Origin: Tortispora ganteri
Lineage: Eukaryota
Length of the DNA stretch: 64,000 bases
Direction of reading: 5' to 3'
NCBI GenBank assembly: GCA_003707115.1
Contig: PPNB01000016.1
Coordinates: 1-64,000, forward strand
Each line of letters starts with the position of its first letter. Within the stretch, counting starts at the first letter, position 1. The position numbers and the translations under genes are program-made. Shown in pieces: positions 18,882 through 29,136 of this stretch. The notes beneath the pieces are model-generated. The model did not search any database. It saw only the letters and a program-made list of their open reading frames with translations, and had not been told where the DNA came from.

Positions 18882-21374
18882 TTATGCTGCAATATGTTCC
18901 TGAAAAACACCACGATGTTCCTCGGTAGCTTCTTCAGTCTGTTCAGGCGCAACAGAACTCGCAGGCTCAGCTGTCTCACTGGTTACATCACTCGTAGCAA
19001 CACTACTGCCTTCTTCACTAGTGCTGTCGTACGATGCGTCGTCAGAATCAGTTTCTTCGTCAGAGTCAACACTCGAGTCACTCACTTCTGAGGAATCCTC
19101 GTAACTGTCATCGTCCGAATCGGAACTTGAAAGTTCCTCATCCATATTAGAAGATATCAAAGTGGAAGCATGCCCTTCATTCGCCTCAATGTTCTCTGAT
19201 GCTTGTGCTTCAACAGATGTAACAGCAGAAGCTTCCACAGGAGCTTCCACAGGAGCTGCCACAGGAGCTAGTGGTTTATCTTTGCGTTCTCCCTTGATCA
19301 AAGATGACGCACGTCTGCGTAAGTTCTTCAGCCATCCCTTCTTTTTAGTAGGAGACGCAGGCTCTTCAACAACTGCAGATTCGTCTTCACCTGCATTTTC
19401 AGCAATTTCGGTTGATGTATCTTTCTCCGCACCAATCTCAGCAAATTCAGGAGCTGTGGCTGAATCGTGGGCAACTTCAGATGAAGGACTAGTTTCTGCC
19501 TCAGCAGTATCATTGGTCTCGGAAACGCCATTGGCTTCGATAGCAGTTTCTGCTTGAGTAGTAGCCTCTATCTTGTCCGTCTCGGGAGCTTCAGCGGAAC
19601 CTTCTGTAGCTTTAGAGCCTTCACCAGGTATAACGGTCTTTATAGTTTCCAGACTGGTTTCTGCAACTTCACCAATCCCTTTGGTAACAGAACTGACAGC
19701 TCCTGCAGCTACTGCGGCTACACCGGTTACGCCCGCAACGGTAGCAACGCCTAATGACGCTAGGGCTCCACCATGGGATTCTTTCGTCTCCAAAGCATCT
19801 TGCGATTTTTGACTAGTCTTTTCTTTCAAAGCAGCTTCACGTTGAGCAAGAGAAGCTTTACGAGCTTCTTCCTTTTCTGCAGCCTTGATAGCTTTTTCCC
19901 TGGCCTTCAATTCCTTTTCAGCTTCTTGCTTTTGTCGTCTTTCTTCATTACGAGCACGACGCGCGGCTTCAGATTCTTCCTTCTGTTTAGCTTTCGCTGC
20001 AGCTTCTTCAGCACGACGTTGCGCACGTTCTTCGTTACGCGCTTTCCGTGCAGCCTCCGCTTCAGCCTTTTCTTCAGCTTTCTTGGCATCTAATTCAGCT
20101 TTCTCTTTGGCTCTCTGCTCCTTGAGTTCAGCTCGCTCTTTGGCCTTAGCTTCCGCAGCCGCTTTCTTTTCCTCTTCTCGCTGGCGAGCTTCTTCTGCCT
20201 GTTGGGCCTTGATTTCTTCTTGACGTGCACGTTCAACTGCAGCTGCTTCAGTGATTTCATCAAGCACAGGTTGCACGTTTTTCTGAGCAATAGCTTCAAT
20301 TTCAGATTGGGTCATGAATAAACCACCACCGATATCAATTTTGCCATGCTTCTCCAAACGCTCTTTAGAGCCTTTTTCAGCAATACTTAAAGCTATATCA
20401 TTTAGCTTCTTGTCATGATATATGTTGCGGTAGACCATCTCTTTTTCCATTGAGATCAACGTTCTGTCCACATTTGCTTTGGCAACAGTCATAACGCTCT
20501 GATACTGCTTAGCAAGCTGAACAACGGGATCTGGATTTTGGTGGACGACCTCAGCTCCGCGACCAGTAGCCGAGAAGACCACCTCAGGCGGAGGGTTCTT
20601 TGTTCCTAATGAAGTTTCGGTCTGATATAAGGTAGATAAACGTTGAGCAGCGCGCTTTCTAGCAGCGGATTCAAGTGAGCCAAGATTGTGAAGATCAATT
20701 CCAGAGATCTCGCGGTCGATCTGATATGCATCGAAAGGTGGTGGCGACTCTACTGCTCTCAGGGCTGCAGCGCTGGCAGACTCACTGAGTTTGCGAGGAA
20801 GAGGACGATCAAATTCGGCAAATTCGTTAGACACTATAGCAGCAGCTTTATTGGCATTAGAATTTGGGCGAGAAGTGGGTGCTGGTTTCTTCGGGGAAGC
20901 GGCGTGCTTGGTGCTGTATGAGGCAGCAGTACCTGCTGTAGCAGAAGGCTTAGGCTTATAAGCCTCAGGAGACTTAATTGAACCAGCTCTTGTAGCAGCG
21001 GTATTTGCGTCCGGGATGGCAGAAGGTTTCCAAAGGTTAGGGCTTAGTTTGGCATTGGAAGCTAAAGTAGCGGCAGCACCTGAGGCGGCTTCATCTACAC
21101 CAATTTTGCCCTTGCTGGGGAGGTTTTGGTTTCCAGCCCTCATTGCGCGAACATATTGGGCGGTAGCCGATAGTTTCTTAGGTGGCTGCGTGTCTGCGGA
21201 CATTCTTGCGGGGTCTGTAGCGGTAGCTGCGGCACGGTTTGTGAATCGATCCTTTGCGGTCAATTCAGCGTTAGGTAGATGATTAGCGTTAGGAGCGGAA
21301 TCGAACGATGCTTCTTTTAACCAGTTTTCAGTTGCAGAACGACGATCTATAGCGGTATTGTGGACAATGGGCAT
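18882..21374 (-). CDS. EIS1: Eisosome protein Eis1-like
   Basis: GKIDIGGGLFMTQSEIEAIAQKNVQPVLDEI signature, Ala-rich N-terminus, E/K/A coiled coil and acidic tail. Confidence 0.8.
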   Translation of the reverse strand: MPIVHNTAIDRRSATENWLKEASFDSAPNANHLPNAELTAKDRFTNRAAATATDPARMSADTQPPKKLSATAQYVRAMRAGNQNLPSKGKIGVDEAASGAAATLASNAKLSPNLWKPSAIPDANTAATRAGSIKSPEAYKPKPSATAGTAASYSTKHAASPKKPAPTSRPNSNANKAAAIVSNEFAEFDRPLPRKLSESASAAALRAVESPPPFDAYQIDREISGIDLHNLGSLESAARKRAAQRLSTLYQTETSLGTKNPPPEVVFSATGRGAEVVHQNPDPVVQLAKQYQSVMTVAKANVDRTLISMEKEMVYRNIYHDKKLNDIALSIAEKGSKERLEKHGKIDIGGGLFMTQSEIEAIAQKNVQPVLDEITEAAAVERARQEEIKAQQAEEARQREEEKKAAAEAKAKERAELKEQRAKEKAELDAKKAEEKAEAEAARKARNEERAQRRAEEAAAKAKQKEESEAARRARNEERRQKQEAEKELKAREKAIKAAEKEEARKASLAQREAALKEKTSQKSQDALETKESHGGALASLGVATVAGVTGVAAVAAGAVSSVTKGIGEVAETSLETIKTVIPGEGSKATEGSAEAPETDKIEATTQAETAIEANGVSETNDTAEAETSPSSEVAHDSATAPEFAEIGAEKDTSTEIAENAGEDESAVVEEPASPTKKKGWLKNLRRRASSLIKGERKDKPLAPVAAPVEAPVEASAVTSVEAQASENIEANEGHASTLISSNMDEELSSSDSDDDSYEDSSEVSDSSVDSDEETDSDDASYDSTSEEGSSVATSDVTSETAEPASSVAPEQTEEATEEHRGVFQEHIAA

Positions 21375-22300
21375 AAGATCACTGGTGTAGAGATTTGGAT
21401 AGCTAGAAGTGAGAAGAATAAGGGCTGAAACGGTGAGGGAAATATGCGAAACAGGAGGGCGTAGATTGGGTTATGCTAAGCGATTGCGAGATTGCTGAAA
21501 GGAAAAATACTGGCAAAAGGTCTTGATCCGGATCTTGTTGTTTAAGAACTCAGTCAGATAAGAGCGCAAAGGGGTTCTTAGGGGTTCTTTTTTTTTGCTC
21601 AAAAGGCCTCTCGTTAGTAAGGAAGCGAGATAGCCGGGATGGTCAGTAAAAAGGATCGTAGAAACAGGTAAAAGGAGAATAGTTGTAATTGATCAATATG
21701 GAGGATACACTAAATAACGGCGAATTAGTGATCTATTCTAGAGAAAAAGCAGGGAATTGGCGAAAATTGACTGCTTTTTGTCGTAATTGGACCGAAATAC
21801 AGACAGGGTCGTAACCGTATTAGGCTATATATCTAACGCATAAGGCAGTTTGTTTGCGTAAAGGTTAGGGTTAATACTTAAAAGAGTAATATTGGCTGGC
21901 TGCGATTTCTGAGTAACTGAAGCTGTACTGCAGATAACAGTAATTTAATGGATTATTTAAGTAAGAAAGCAATTAAGCGTATGTAAAATAAGATAGAATA
22001 TATTCTAAATCTACATGAGAAGACGTAGAATGTGGTTTGTTGGGCATCTATAATCAAAAAGTAGCTGCAGCTTATGCATAAAAATAAACTTTGTCACGTG
22101 ATGAATCTTTGTTTTTGATATTGATGCAGAATGGGCTGACGAACTATGGGCCGTGCTACATATTGGCTAAAGAGCACAATTAGTGCGCTATAATGATTAT
22201 ATGCAGCAGCTACATAAAATATCAGACTTAATTGGGATGATTTAAAAAGTAGAATATGGTTATGGAGGTGGTGCGATGAGTGTCAGAGTGACGTCATCCT

Positions 22301-23008
22301 TTAGGGCAGAAAGAGAATACCGCTAGGGACTTTGGATTTGTATGCAGTATAGTCTTCACCGAAGAACTTTATTAGGATGGACTCTTCATGACGTATTCTT
22401 GCGGTGAAGAAACGCTGTAGCACTATGCAAAAGACAATAGGCGTGATGACATTGCCGAGCCAGATCTGGGTGCCAACAGCCCACACAAAGAAAGCTGTGT
22501 AGCTCGGGTGTCGCACGTAAGAGTAGATGCCATCGGTTACCAGCACATGATCATCAGTTTTCTTGTCTACTATTTTGTGCGAAAAGCTGTTAGCAGCATA
22601 AGCCATTGCCTTAGTACGCATATACTGGCCTATAAATACAGCTGCAAGACCTACAAACTGGTATGCATACAGGACAGTCACGTTTACACCGTACGGATGA
22701 GTCCGGTGGAAATAGCACTCAATGAGCCCCGACAGGTGAGCTATCCAGTATTGGAACCCGTTATTCAGTAAGAAAGAAGACATTTCAAGCCGTGTAGGGT
22801 TAAAAATCGCTGTCACAAAATATTCAGCTTCATGAAAGAAGCACAAGAACGACATATACAAAAAGAGAGGTTCAAGCCGATCAAAGAACAGAATCGCGCC
22901 TGCGAGAACGCCGCCACCCAATACAGATGCAACCCATACTTGGGTAACACTTAGTGGCTGTTTTGCAGCAGTCTCAGATAACTGAAACTCTTTTAATCGT
23001 TCAGTCAT
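22301..23008 (-). CDS. STE14: Protein-S-isoprenylcysteine O-methyltransferase
   Basis: FFHEAEY, SFLLNNG, SFSHKI, HVLVTDGIYSYVRHPSY, RIRHEE..LIKFFG..Y..Y...VPSGI. First ATG at 23008. Confidence 0.95.
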   Translation of the reverse strand: MTERLKEFQLSETAAKQPLSVTQVWVASVLGGGVLAGAILFFDRLEPLFLYMSFLCFFHEAEYFVTAIFNPTRLEMSSFLLNNGFQYWIAHLSGLIECYFHRTHPYGVNVTVLYAYQFVGLAAVFIGQYMRTKAMAYAANSFSHKIVDKKTDDHVLVTDGIYSYVRHPSYTAFFVWAVGTQIWLGNVITPIVFCIVLQRFFTARIRHEESILIKFFGEDYTAYKSKVPSGILFLP

Positions 23009-23206
23009 GTAATGTCTAGTGGTAGGTTTTTGATGGTCGTTTTGGATTTTCAAGTGTGGGGTACCGCAAGCCGCACAATGACACCCTAACAATGACCCCC
23101 GCTATTCACAAAGAGATGACGCCGAACTTTTAATTTAAACATAATGTATGTGAAATATGTACCAGAGATAAACACTAAATTTGTTCGAAGTCAAACTAGT
23201 ACAATA

Positions 23207-24418
23207 CTAAGGCCAGCTTGATTTGATTTCCACGGCAACATCATGCATCTGTAGCTGATCGAATAGTTGCGGTCCTAGAGTGGCCGGTGTAACGATTCCA
23301 AGCGGAGCTGTTCCTAATCTCCGCTGTTTAAGCAGTTCAATAGCGGCTAAACTTATGCATGTAGCCGATGTCACGTACATAGGATCTTTTGCGACATTAA
23401 TTTTTAAGTATACAGGACGTCCATCTGGTTTGTTGGCGACGATCGCGATTGTGGCATGTGCAGACTCGGTAGTTTCCTTGGACGGTACAGTACCTGGAGG
23501 TCGAATAGCAGTCACTATTCTGCGAAACCACGCGTATCGCATCATACCAAGCGTAAGTTTTAGCGCGAAAGACCAAAAGATGGCTGCTACTTTGTTTCTG
23601 CTCTTGTCGTATTCGGCGTATGTGAAGTCAGGCCCATATATGCGATTTAATAGCGTGTAGGACCGCAGAACTGTGCAAGAATTAATTAATTGCGGGATAC
23701 CAGGAACCAAATACATGCCACCTAGACGTGGTTCTTTAGTGGGTTTCTCAACGTAATCCCACAACTTTGTAGTCACTGTTGTGTCGCCGTTTTGTTCGCT
23801 CGAAAACGAACTAGGTCCACCAGGCGCAGAATAGCTACCGTATACCTCATAATTTAATGTCAAAGAGTTTACAGTACCTCCACTAGGGGCTCCCAGCATT
23901 TCCAGGGCAATTGATCGCGCATCGGTCAACGGACCTACTTTATTAACTAGCCAGCGAATCGCCGTGTCCTGTAGAAACGAAGCCGTTCCGCACGCGTTAA
24001 TTAAAGTCGCACCTCTCATTTTTGCGCGCTCGTGGAGATCGCGGATCAATCTTGCAATATGTGGGGCATCGCCACAGAGATCGACATAACCAATACCGGC
24101 CTCAGCGCTCGCTGACTGTAACCAGTAACCCGTTGTCGGGAAAGGTCCGGCCATACCTACAACAACTTCAGTATCAATGACGATTCTGTTAATATCTTCA
24201 TGATTCGTTAAGTCTGCCTCAAAAATATCTGGTAGTTTCGCGTGTATAGTTGCCAGGTCAGTTACTGCAGCATCCAGTTGCGCCTGCATTCTCGCTTTCG
24301 ATCGGCCGCATATTGCCCAATTGATGTCTTCGCTTAAATTCTGCAAAAAGAATAGCAAAACGTACCGTCCAGTAGTTCCAGTAATTCCCGTGACAGTAAT
24401 AGCATATTTCTTCTCCAT
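23207..24418 (-). CDS. Saccharopine dehydrogenase-like NAD(P)-dependent oxidoreductase (SCCPDH family)
   Basis: Rossmann GITGTTG, WAICGRS, AGPF, YVDLCGD, SGGT, DPMY..S, GIVTPA. ATG at 24418. Confidence 0.85.
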   Translation of the reverse strand: MEKKYAITVTGITGTTGRYVLLFFLQNLSEDINWAICGRSKARMQAQLDAAVTDLATIHAKLPDIFEADLTNHEDINRIVIDTEVVVGMAGPFPTTGYWLQSASAEAGIGYVDLCGDAPHIARLIRDLHERAKMRGATLINACGTASFLQDTAIRWLVNKVGPLTDARSIALEMLGAPSGGTVNSLTLNYEVYGSYSAPGGPSSFSSEQNGDTTVTTKLWDYVEKPTKEPRLGGMYLVPGIPQLINSCTVLRSYTLLNRIYGPDFTYAEYDKSRNKVAAIFWSFALKLTLGMMRYAWFRRIVTAIRPPGTVPSKETTESAHATIAIVANKPDGRPVYLKINVAKDPMYVTSATCISLAAIELLKQRRLGTAPLGIVTPATLGPQLFDQLQMHDVAVEIKSSWP

Positions 24419-24702
24419 TGCTCGATTTCGTAGATTAAAGCTTGTGATACCTGCAGGGGAATGAGTAGCGGTCCCACATTTACAGAACAATTGTAACTGG
24501 TGTACCAAATTCCCTTAGCAACCATACCACTTACCACCAAGAAAAAAAAGAAGTAAAAACCTCTAAACCCATAAAGAGGCGACAAAGAAATTCTTCTGCC
24601 AACTTTACAGCTTGAAGACTTTTGTGTAAATAGCGCTGCGTTCTGAATCGAATAGAAACTCACGTTTAGAACTGAAAATAAACCGATAGAAGTTTGCGGA
24701 AT

Positions 24703-26259
24703 ATGTCCGATAGCGAGACCGAAGATTTCCTGGCTGGACCACCACCTAAGACCGACAAGTTCGGCAATACGCAAGAAGAAAGCGATGAGAGTGGCGAAAG
24801 TGATATTGAACTTGAAACTACAGGCAAGAAGTCCGTTACATTTGCCGAAATAGATACGCAGAATGAGATTAACGAGGAAGAACGTCGTCGTCAAGAGTTT
24901 GAAGAAGGCGGTGGATTGCCTGCGCAACCAGACGATATCGATGTATCCACATTGACGCCATTAAGCCCCGAAATTATCCAAAGACAGGCCACTATTAATA
25001 TTGGTACTATCGGGCACGTAGCACACGGTAAGAGTACTGTAGTCAAGGCTATATCCGGAGTGCAGACCGTCAGATTCAAAAACGAACTGGAGCGTAACAT
25101 TACTATCAAGCTTGGTTATGCAAATGCTAAAATATACATGTGCGACGACCCTGATTGTCCGCCTCAATACAAGTACAAGTCCTTCAGATCAGACAAGGAA
25201 ATCAACCCGAAATGCCCGACTGGAAAGGGTCGCTACAATCTCCTTAGACATGTATCATTCGTGGACTGTCCCGGTCACGATGTGCTTATGAGCACGATGT
25301 TGTCCGGTGCCGCAGTTATGGATGCTGCACTTTTACTTATTGCAGGAAACGAGCCGTGCCCGCAGCCGCAGACAAGTGAACATTTAGCTGCCATTGAAAT
25401 TATGAAGCTCAAGCACATCATTATCCTGCAAAACAAAGTGGATCTCATGAAGCAGGATACCGCTTTCCAACATTATCAAAGCATTCTGAAGTTCATTAGA
25501 GGCACTGCTGCTGACGGTTCTGCCATTATCCCTATTTCTGCACAATTGCAATACAACATTGAGGCTGTTAATGAACATATAGTTAAGGATATTCCCGTTC
25601 CTGTACGCGACTTCACCGCGACTCCCAGACTGATTATTATTCGATCTTTCGATGTCAACAAGCCAGGTGCAGAGATCAACGATCTGAAAGGTGGTGTTGC
25701 TGGAGGCAGTATCCTTACTGGTGTTCTTAGACTTGGCGATGAAGTTGAGATTCGCCCTGGTATTGTCACCAAGGATTCCGAAGGCAAAATTGTGTGCCAG
25801 CCTATTTTTAGCCGCATTATTTCTTTGTTTGCCGAGCACAATGACTTGAAGTTTGCTGTACCTGGTGGCCTAATTGGTGTTGGAACAAAGATCGACCCTA
25901 CGCTGTGCCGTGCCGATCGACTGGTCGGGCACGTTCTCGGAGCGAAGGGCCGATTGCCCGAGATATACACTGAACTTGAGATCAACTATTTCTTACTGAG
26001 ACGTCTTTTGGGTGTCAAATCCGAAGACAATAAGGGAGCTAAAGTACAGAAACTGGCAAAGAACGAGATTCTTATGGTTAATATTGGCTCAACGGCTACA
26101 GGTGCGCGCGTGTTGTCGGTCAAAGCCGATTTGGCGAAGCTGCAACTGACATCGCCTGCATGTACTGAGGTTGGCGAGAAGATTGCTCTGTCAAGACGTA
26201 TTGAAAAGCACTGGCGTCTTATTGGCTGGGCTACAATTACAAAAGGTGTTACCTTATGA
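24703..26259 (+). CDS. GCD11: Translation initiation factor eIF2 gamma
   Basis: [64 protein letters not shown] at 24703. Confidence 0.98.
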   Translation: MSDSETEDFLAGPPPKTDKFGNTQEESDESGESDIELETTGKKSVTFAEIDTQNEINEEERRRQEFEEGGGLPAQPDDIDVSTLTPLSPEIIQRQATINIGTIGHVAHGKSTVVKAISGVQTVRFKNELERNITIKLGYANAKIYMCDDPDCPPQYKYKSFRSDKEINPKCPTGKGRYNLLRHVSFVDCPGHDVLMSTMLSGAAVMDAALLLIAGNEPCPQPQTSEHLAAIEIMKLKHIIILQNKVDLMKQDTAFQHYQSILKFIRGTAADGSAIIPISAQLQYNIEAVNEHIVKDIPVPVRDFTATPRLIIIRSFDVNKPGAEINDLKGGVAGGSILTGVLRLGDEVEIRPGIVTKDSEGKIVCQPIFSRIISLFAEHNDLKFAVPGGLIGVGTKIDPTLCRADRLVGHVLGAKGRLPEIYTELEINYFLLRRLLGVKSEDNKGAKVQKLAKNEILMVNIGSTATGARVLSVKADLAKLQLTSPACTEVGEKIALSRRIEKHWRLIGWATITKGVTL

Positions 26260-26918
26260 TGGTAGTTATGATACTCCGTTTACGATTTCCGCACATAGAT
26301 TCAAATCACGTAGATGCTAACTGTCAGCACATATTAGTCCGGTTAAGAAGAAAAGAAACTGATACGCTTGAAAAAGTAGCTGTTGAGGTTTGAAAACATA
26401 GAGAAGACATCTTGCGGTTGAGAAAGGGTCTGGGCCACTACAGAGACAGTATTTGAGCGATAACTCCTCAACACGTGACGTCAGACGCGTTTAAATCGCG
26501 TTGAGAGATCTAGTGGTAATTAAATATAGGAAATCAGTGAAATTCGATATATCTGAGCAGCGTAGCGACCTACAATGATTTTTCGGTACAAGCGATATTA
26601 CGTCCAAATAGTCAAATAAAGTTTTCATTAAAATCATAAATGGGGTTCTCCGAATATAGCTGTAAGATTGTTTATGTAATTAAGACAGAAGTTTAGCACT
26701 TAATGCATCTCTAATAATGTTTAGGGAAAGTACTATATTTGAGGGATTTTTTCAAATATTTCCGAAAGTGGTTTGTAAAGCACACCGGCCGAGGTACGGA
26801 TTTGAAAGGCACTAAGGGTTTATAAACGTTAATGTATATAAGGTTTGAGTGTTTTAGCAAAAGGTCTAGAACCTACGAAATTGGAAAGAACCATAATGTT
26901 TAGCCTGATCTAGAACCT

Positions 26919-27858
26919 AGGGGAATGGGTCCATATTGTCAGGCTGATCTGGGTTTCCTCAGCTAGCAACATTGACGCCTGCCGCGGCATATTTCCAGAT
27001 CGCAATGGGGATTACAATAACAACAAACTAGTGTAGGAACTGATCTATACAAGTGGCAATTGAAGTACGAGGATGCTCGCGTACAAATCGATGGAAGGAA
27101 GATCTCGGTAACATCTGATTTATGTATCAATACAATGATATCATTAATCTGAGAAAGTCATTGTCTGTTTACATAGGTCTGTTTACATAGGTCTTCAGCC
27201 CCCTTGTTACCGTCTTCAGTGGACTATCCCTGTTAACCTAGACCCTGCGATGCCGCTAGCTCGATGAAGAGAGCTGCCAAGAAGCAATAGTATATGCAAG
27301 GGGCTGTCGAAAAAGGTGGGCACTAGACGCGATCGATATTCCAGGGGTCCAGGCAAGTGTCAAAAATGTGTTTCGAAATGCCCGATTTGCTCATTCTGAA
27401 ACATCATTGCAGTCGATTTGATCGGATCAGTTGAATCTCGGTACTTACAATGAGCTCATTGTTTTCTCTGTACGAAGCACATTTAGCCGATAAATCCGAG
27501 CACAGTCAGCCACGGATTTCGTCACGAAATTTAGGCAAGCGGCTCTCTTATCGTAAGTAAATACAAGTATAAGCTAAATCGATCTTTTACCAAATCCGCT
27601 TTTAGAACGCTCTTAATTGGTCCGCTTCTTCTGTAATTAGAATAGCGTTATTCCACTCTTAGATAATATACGATTCGCTATTGGTTGACCCTTTGACATA
27701 ATGCTCTAATATTAGTCTATGTTCTAAAAAGGGATGGATAACTCTATTTACATTCGATTGATTTTAGGCGATTTTCTATTTTTTTCTTTATTTTCTTCAT
27801 TTTAAGTTTCAGTATAAATGAATCGTTAGTATCCTCATACACTATATAAAGCCCCCCT
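26919..27858 (+). promoter_or_regulatory. Stress/cell-wall promoter of the small cell-wall gene: five STREs, an Rlm1/MEF2 box and a TATA box
   Basis: AGGGG/CCCCT at 26919, 27200, 27299, 27343 and 27854; CTAATATTAG (CTAW4TAG) at 27706-27715; TATATAAA at 27843-27850. Confidence 0.55.
27163..27194. repeat. Perfect 14-bp tandem duplication GTCTGTTTACATAG x2.3, containing two forkhead-type TGTTTAC cores
   Basis: Read directly from the sequence. Confidence 0.9.
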
Positions 27859-27938
27859 GCTTTCTCTTCTTTTCTTCTTCTTTTTTCTTCAACTAACACT
27901 AAGTCTTTGATTTCGTTCGTTGTTAATAATTTATAATC

Positions 27939-28609
27939 ATGCAATTCAAGTCTGTCGTTGCTCTCACTCTTGCCTCCGCTGTTGCTGCTCAAAACGCAAC
28001 GTAAGTATACCTTCTATTTTAGTAGGGGCCATTTCGCCTGAATACAGGATTGGCCGCTATTGTTGTTCGTGATTCGCACAGTACACACCCGCCAGTAATC
28101 GAATTCTCTATTAGAGATCATTTCTTATAGCTATTTTGAAATTCTTTTGTTTTTTTGTTTTTTCATTTATTATGAGCCAAATATCCGATACTACCGGTTA
28201 TCCAGATTCATTGAACGATTCCTTTGGGATTTGCTCTTTTCTCAATAGAGTTTCGCTTCAAACCTAGTCTCTTCTTGGATATATCTATTCTATCAGATTT
28301 CTTATCGAATACATAGGAAATGCTCATAAAAAAACAAAAAGCGAAGAACAGTGATAAACGTAATCGAAAACTCAACTACATTAATTCGGGTTGTTCTGGC
28401 GAATCGCGATCATAACTTATAGTCAAGTTCTATGGAAACTAACTGATTTTAGCAACGGAACCAACTATACCTCTTCTTGCGATGTCTGCAACCATACCAG
28501 CTCTCATAGCGTCTACCCTACCCCCACCGCCACCTCTGGTGCTAACAAGGCTATGGGTGCAGGTGTCCTCGGTGCCGTTGTTGCTGGAGGCATTGCTCTT
28601 CTTCTCTAA
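27939..28609 (+). CDS. 72-aa secreted/GPI-type cell-wall protein, DDR2/HOR7/NCW1-like; exons 27939-28000 and 28453-28609
   Basis: GTAAGT donor at 28001, AACTAAC branch point at about 28437-28443, TAG acceptor ending at 28452. Spliced product is MQFKSVVALTLASAVAAQNATNGTNYTSSCDVCNHTSSHSVYPTPTATSGANKAMGAGVLGAVVAGGIALLL: signal peptide, four N-glycosylation sequons, hydrophobic tail, strong codon bias. Confidence 0.9.
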
Positions 28610-29136
28610 ATGTGTTTCTTTCTTGGTATTTACTATAATATATCATAGAGAAAAGGATTCAAAGTTATGCATTGAGAACTACGCTTTTTAGTTTGTTTTT
28701 ACCTTACTGTATATAAACTCCATTGTTGAGTTTCTGCAGACCTCTGTTACTAATTTTCGGTTTCCATTATATACATTTTTCGATAAATAGTCGCTGCATA
28801 GCTGTCTTGCATAACTTGTCTGTACTCTATAGTTGACTGATTCGTTCTTTTCTTTAACTATTTATTCTAATAGGTTTTCCTTTCATTTTTTCTGGTCACG
28901 TAATGCCGTACTTTCTATTAAATTAAAATATTAATATATTGCGATCTGCTATGGAGTTTTCCGGTGTTTCAATTTCCAACTGCGTGTTGTTATGACAACA
29001 CCCCGAACCTGTCCGTCCTTCCGCTACTCATGTCGACGCTGCATCCTCCTCTTCTTTCTCCCCCTTCGCCCCAGGCAGCTAACTTTGCATTAATTGCTCG
29101 GTTTGTTAACTGAACGCGTCTATATTCTTGTATAAA

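Noticed and set aside
21863..21873. GGTTAGGGTTA telomere-like word
   Set aside because: Fewer than two full repeats; expected by chance.
24334..24927. 197-aa minus-strand ORF, and the many other 60-170-aa ORFs overlapping real genes
   Set aside because: They overlap well-supported genes, often start at non-ATG codons and show no recognisable motifs.
26246..26327. Possible 3' intron in GCD11 (GCTAAC...CAG shortly after the stop) giving an alternative C-terminus
   Set aside because: No convincing donor (GTGTTA or GTAGTT only), and the unspliced protein already ends at a normal position.
27553..27903. Possible 5'-UTR intron (GTAAGT ... ACTAAC ... AAG) upstream of the small cell-wall gene
   Set aside because: It would remove the well-placed TATA box at 27843; cannot be supported without transcript data.
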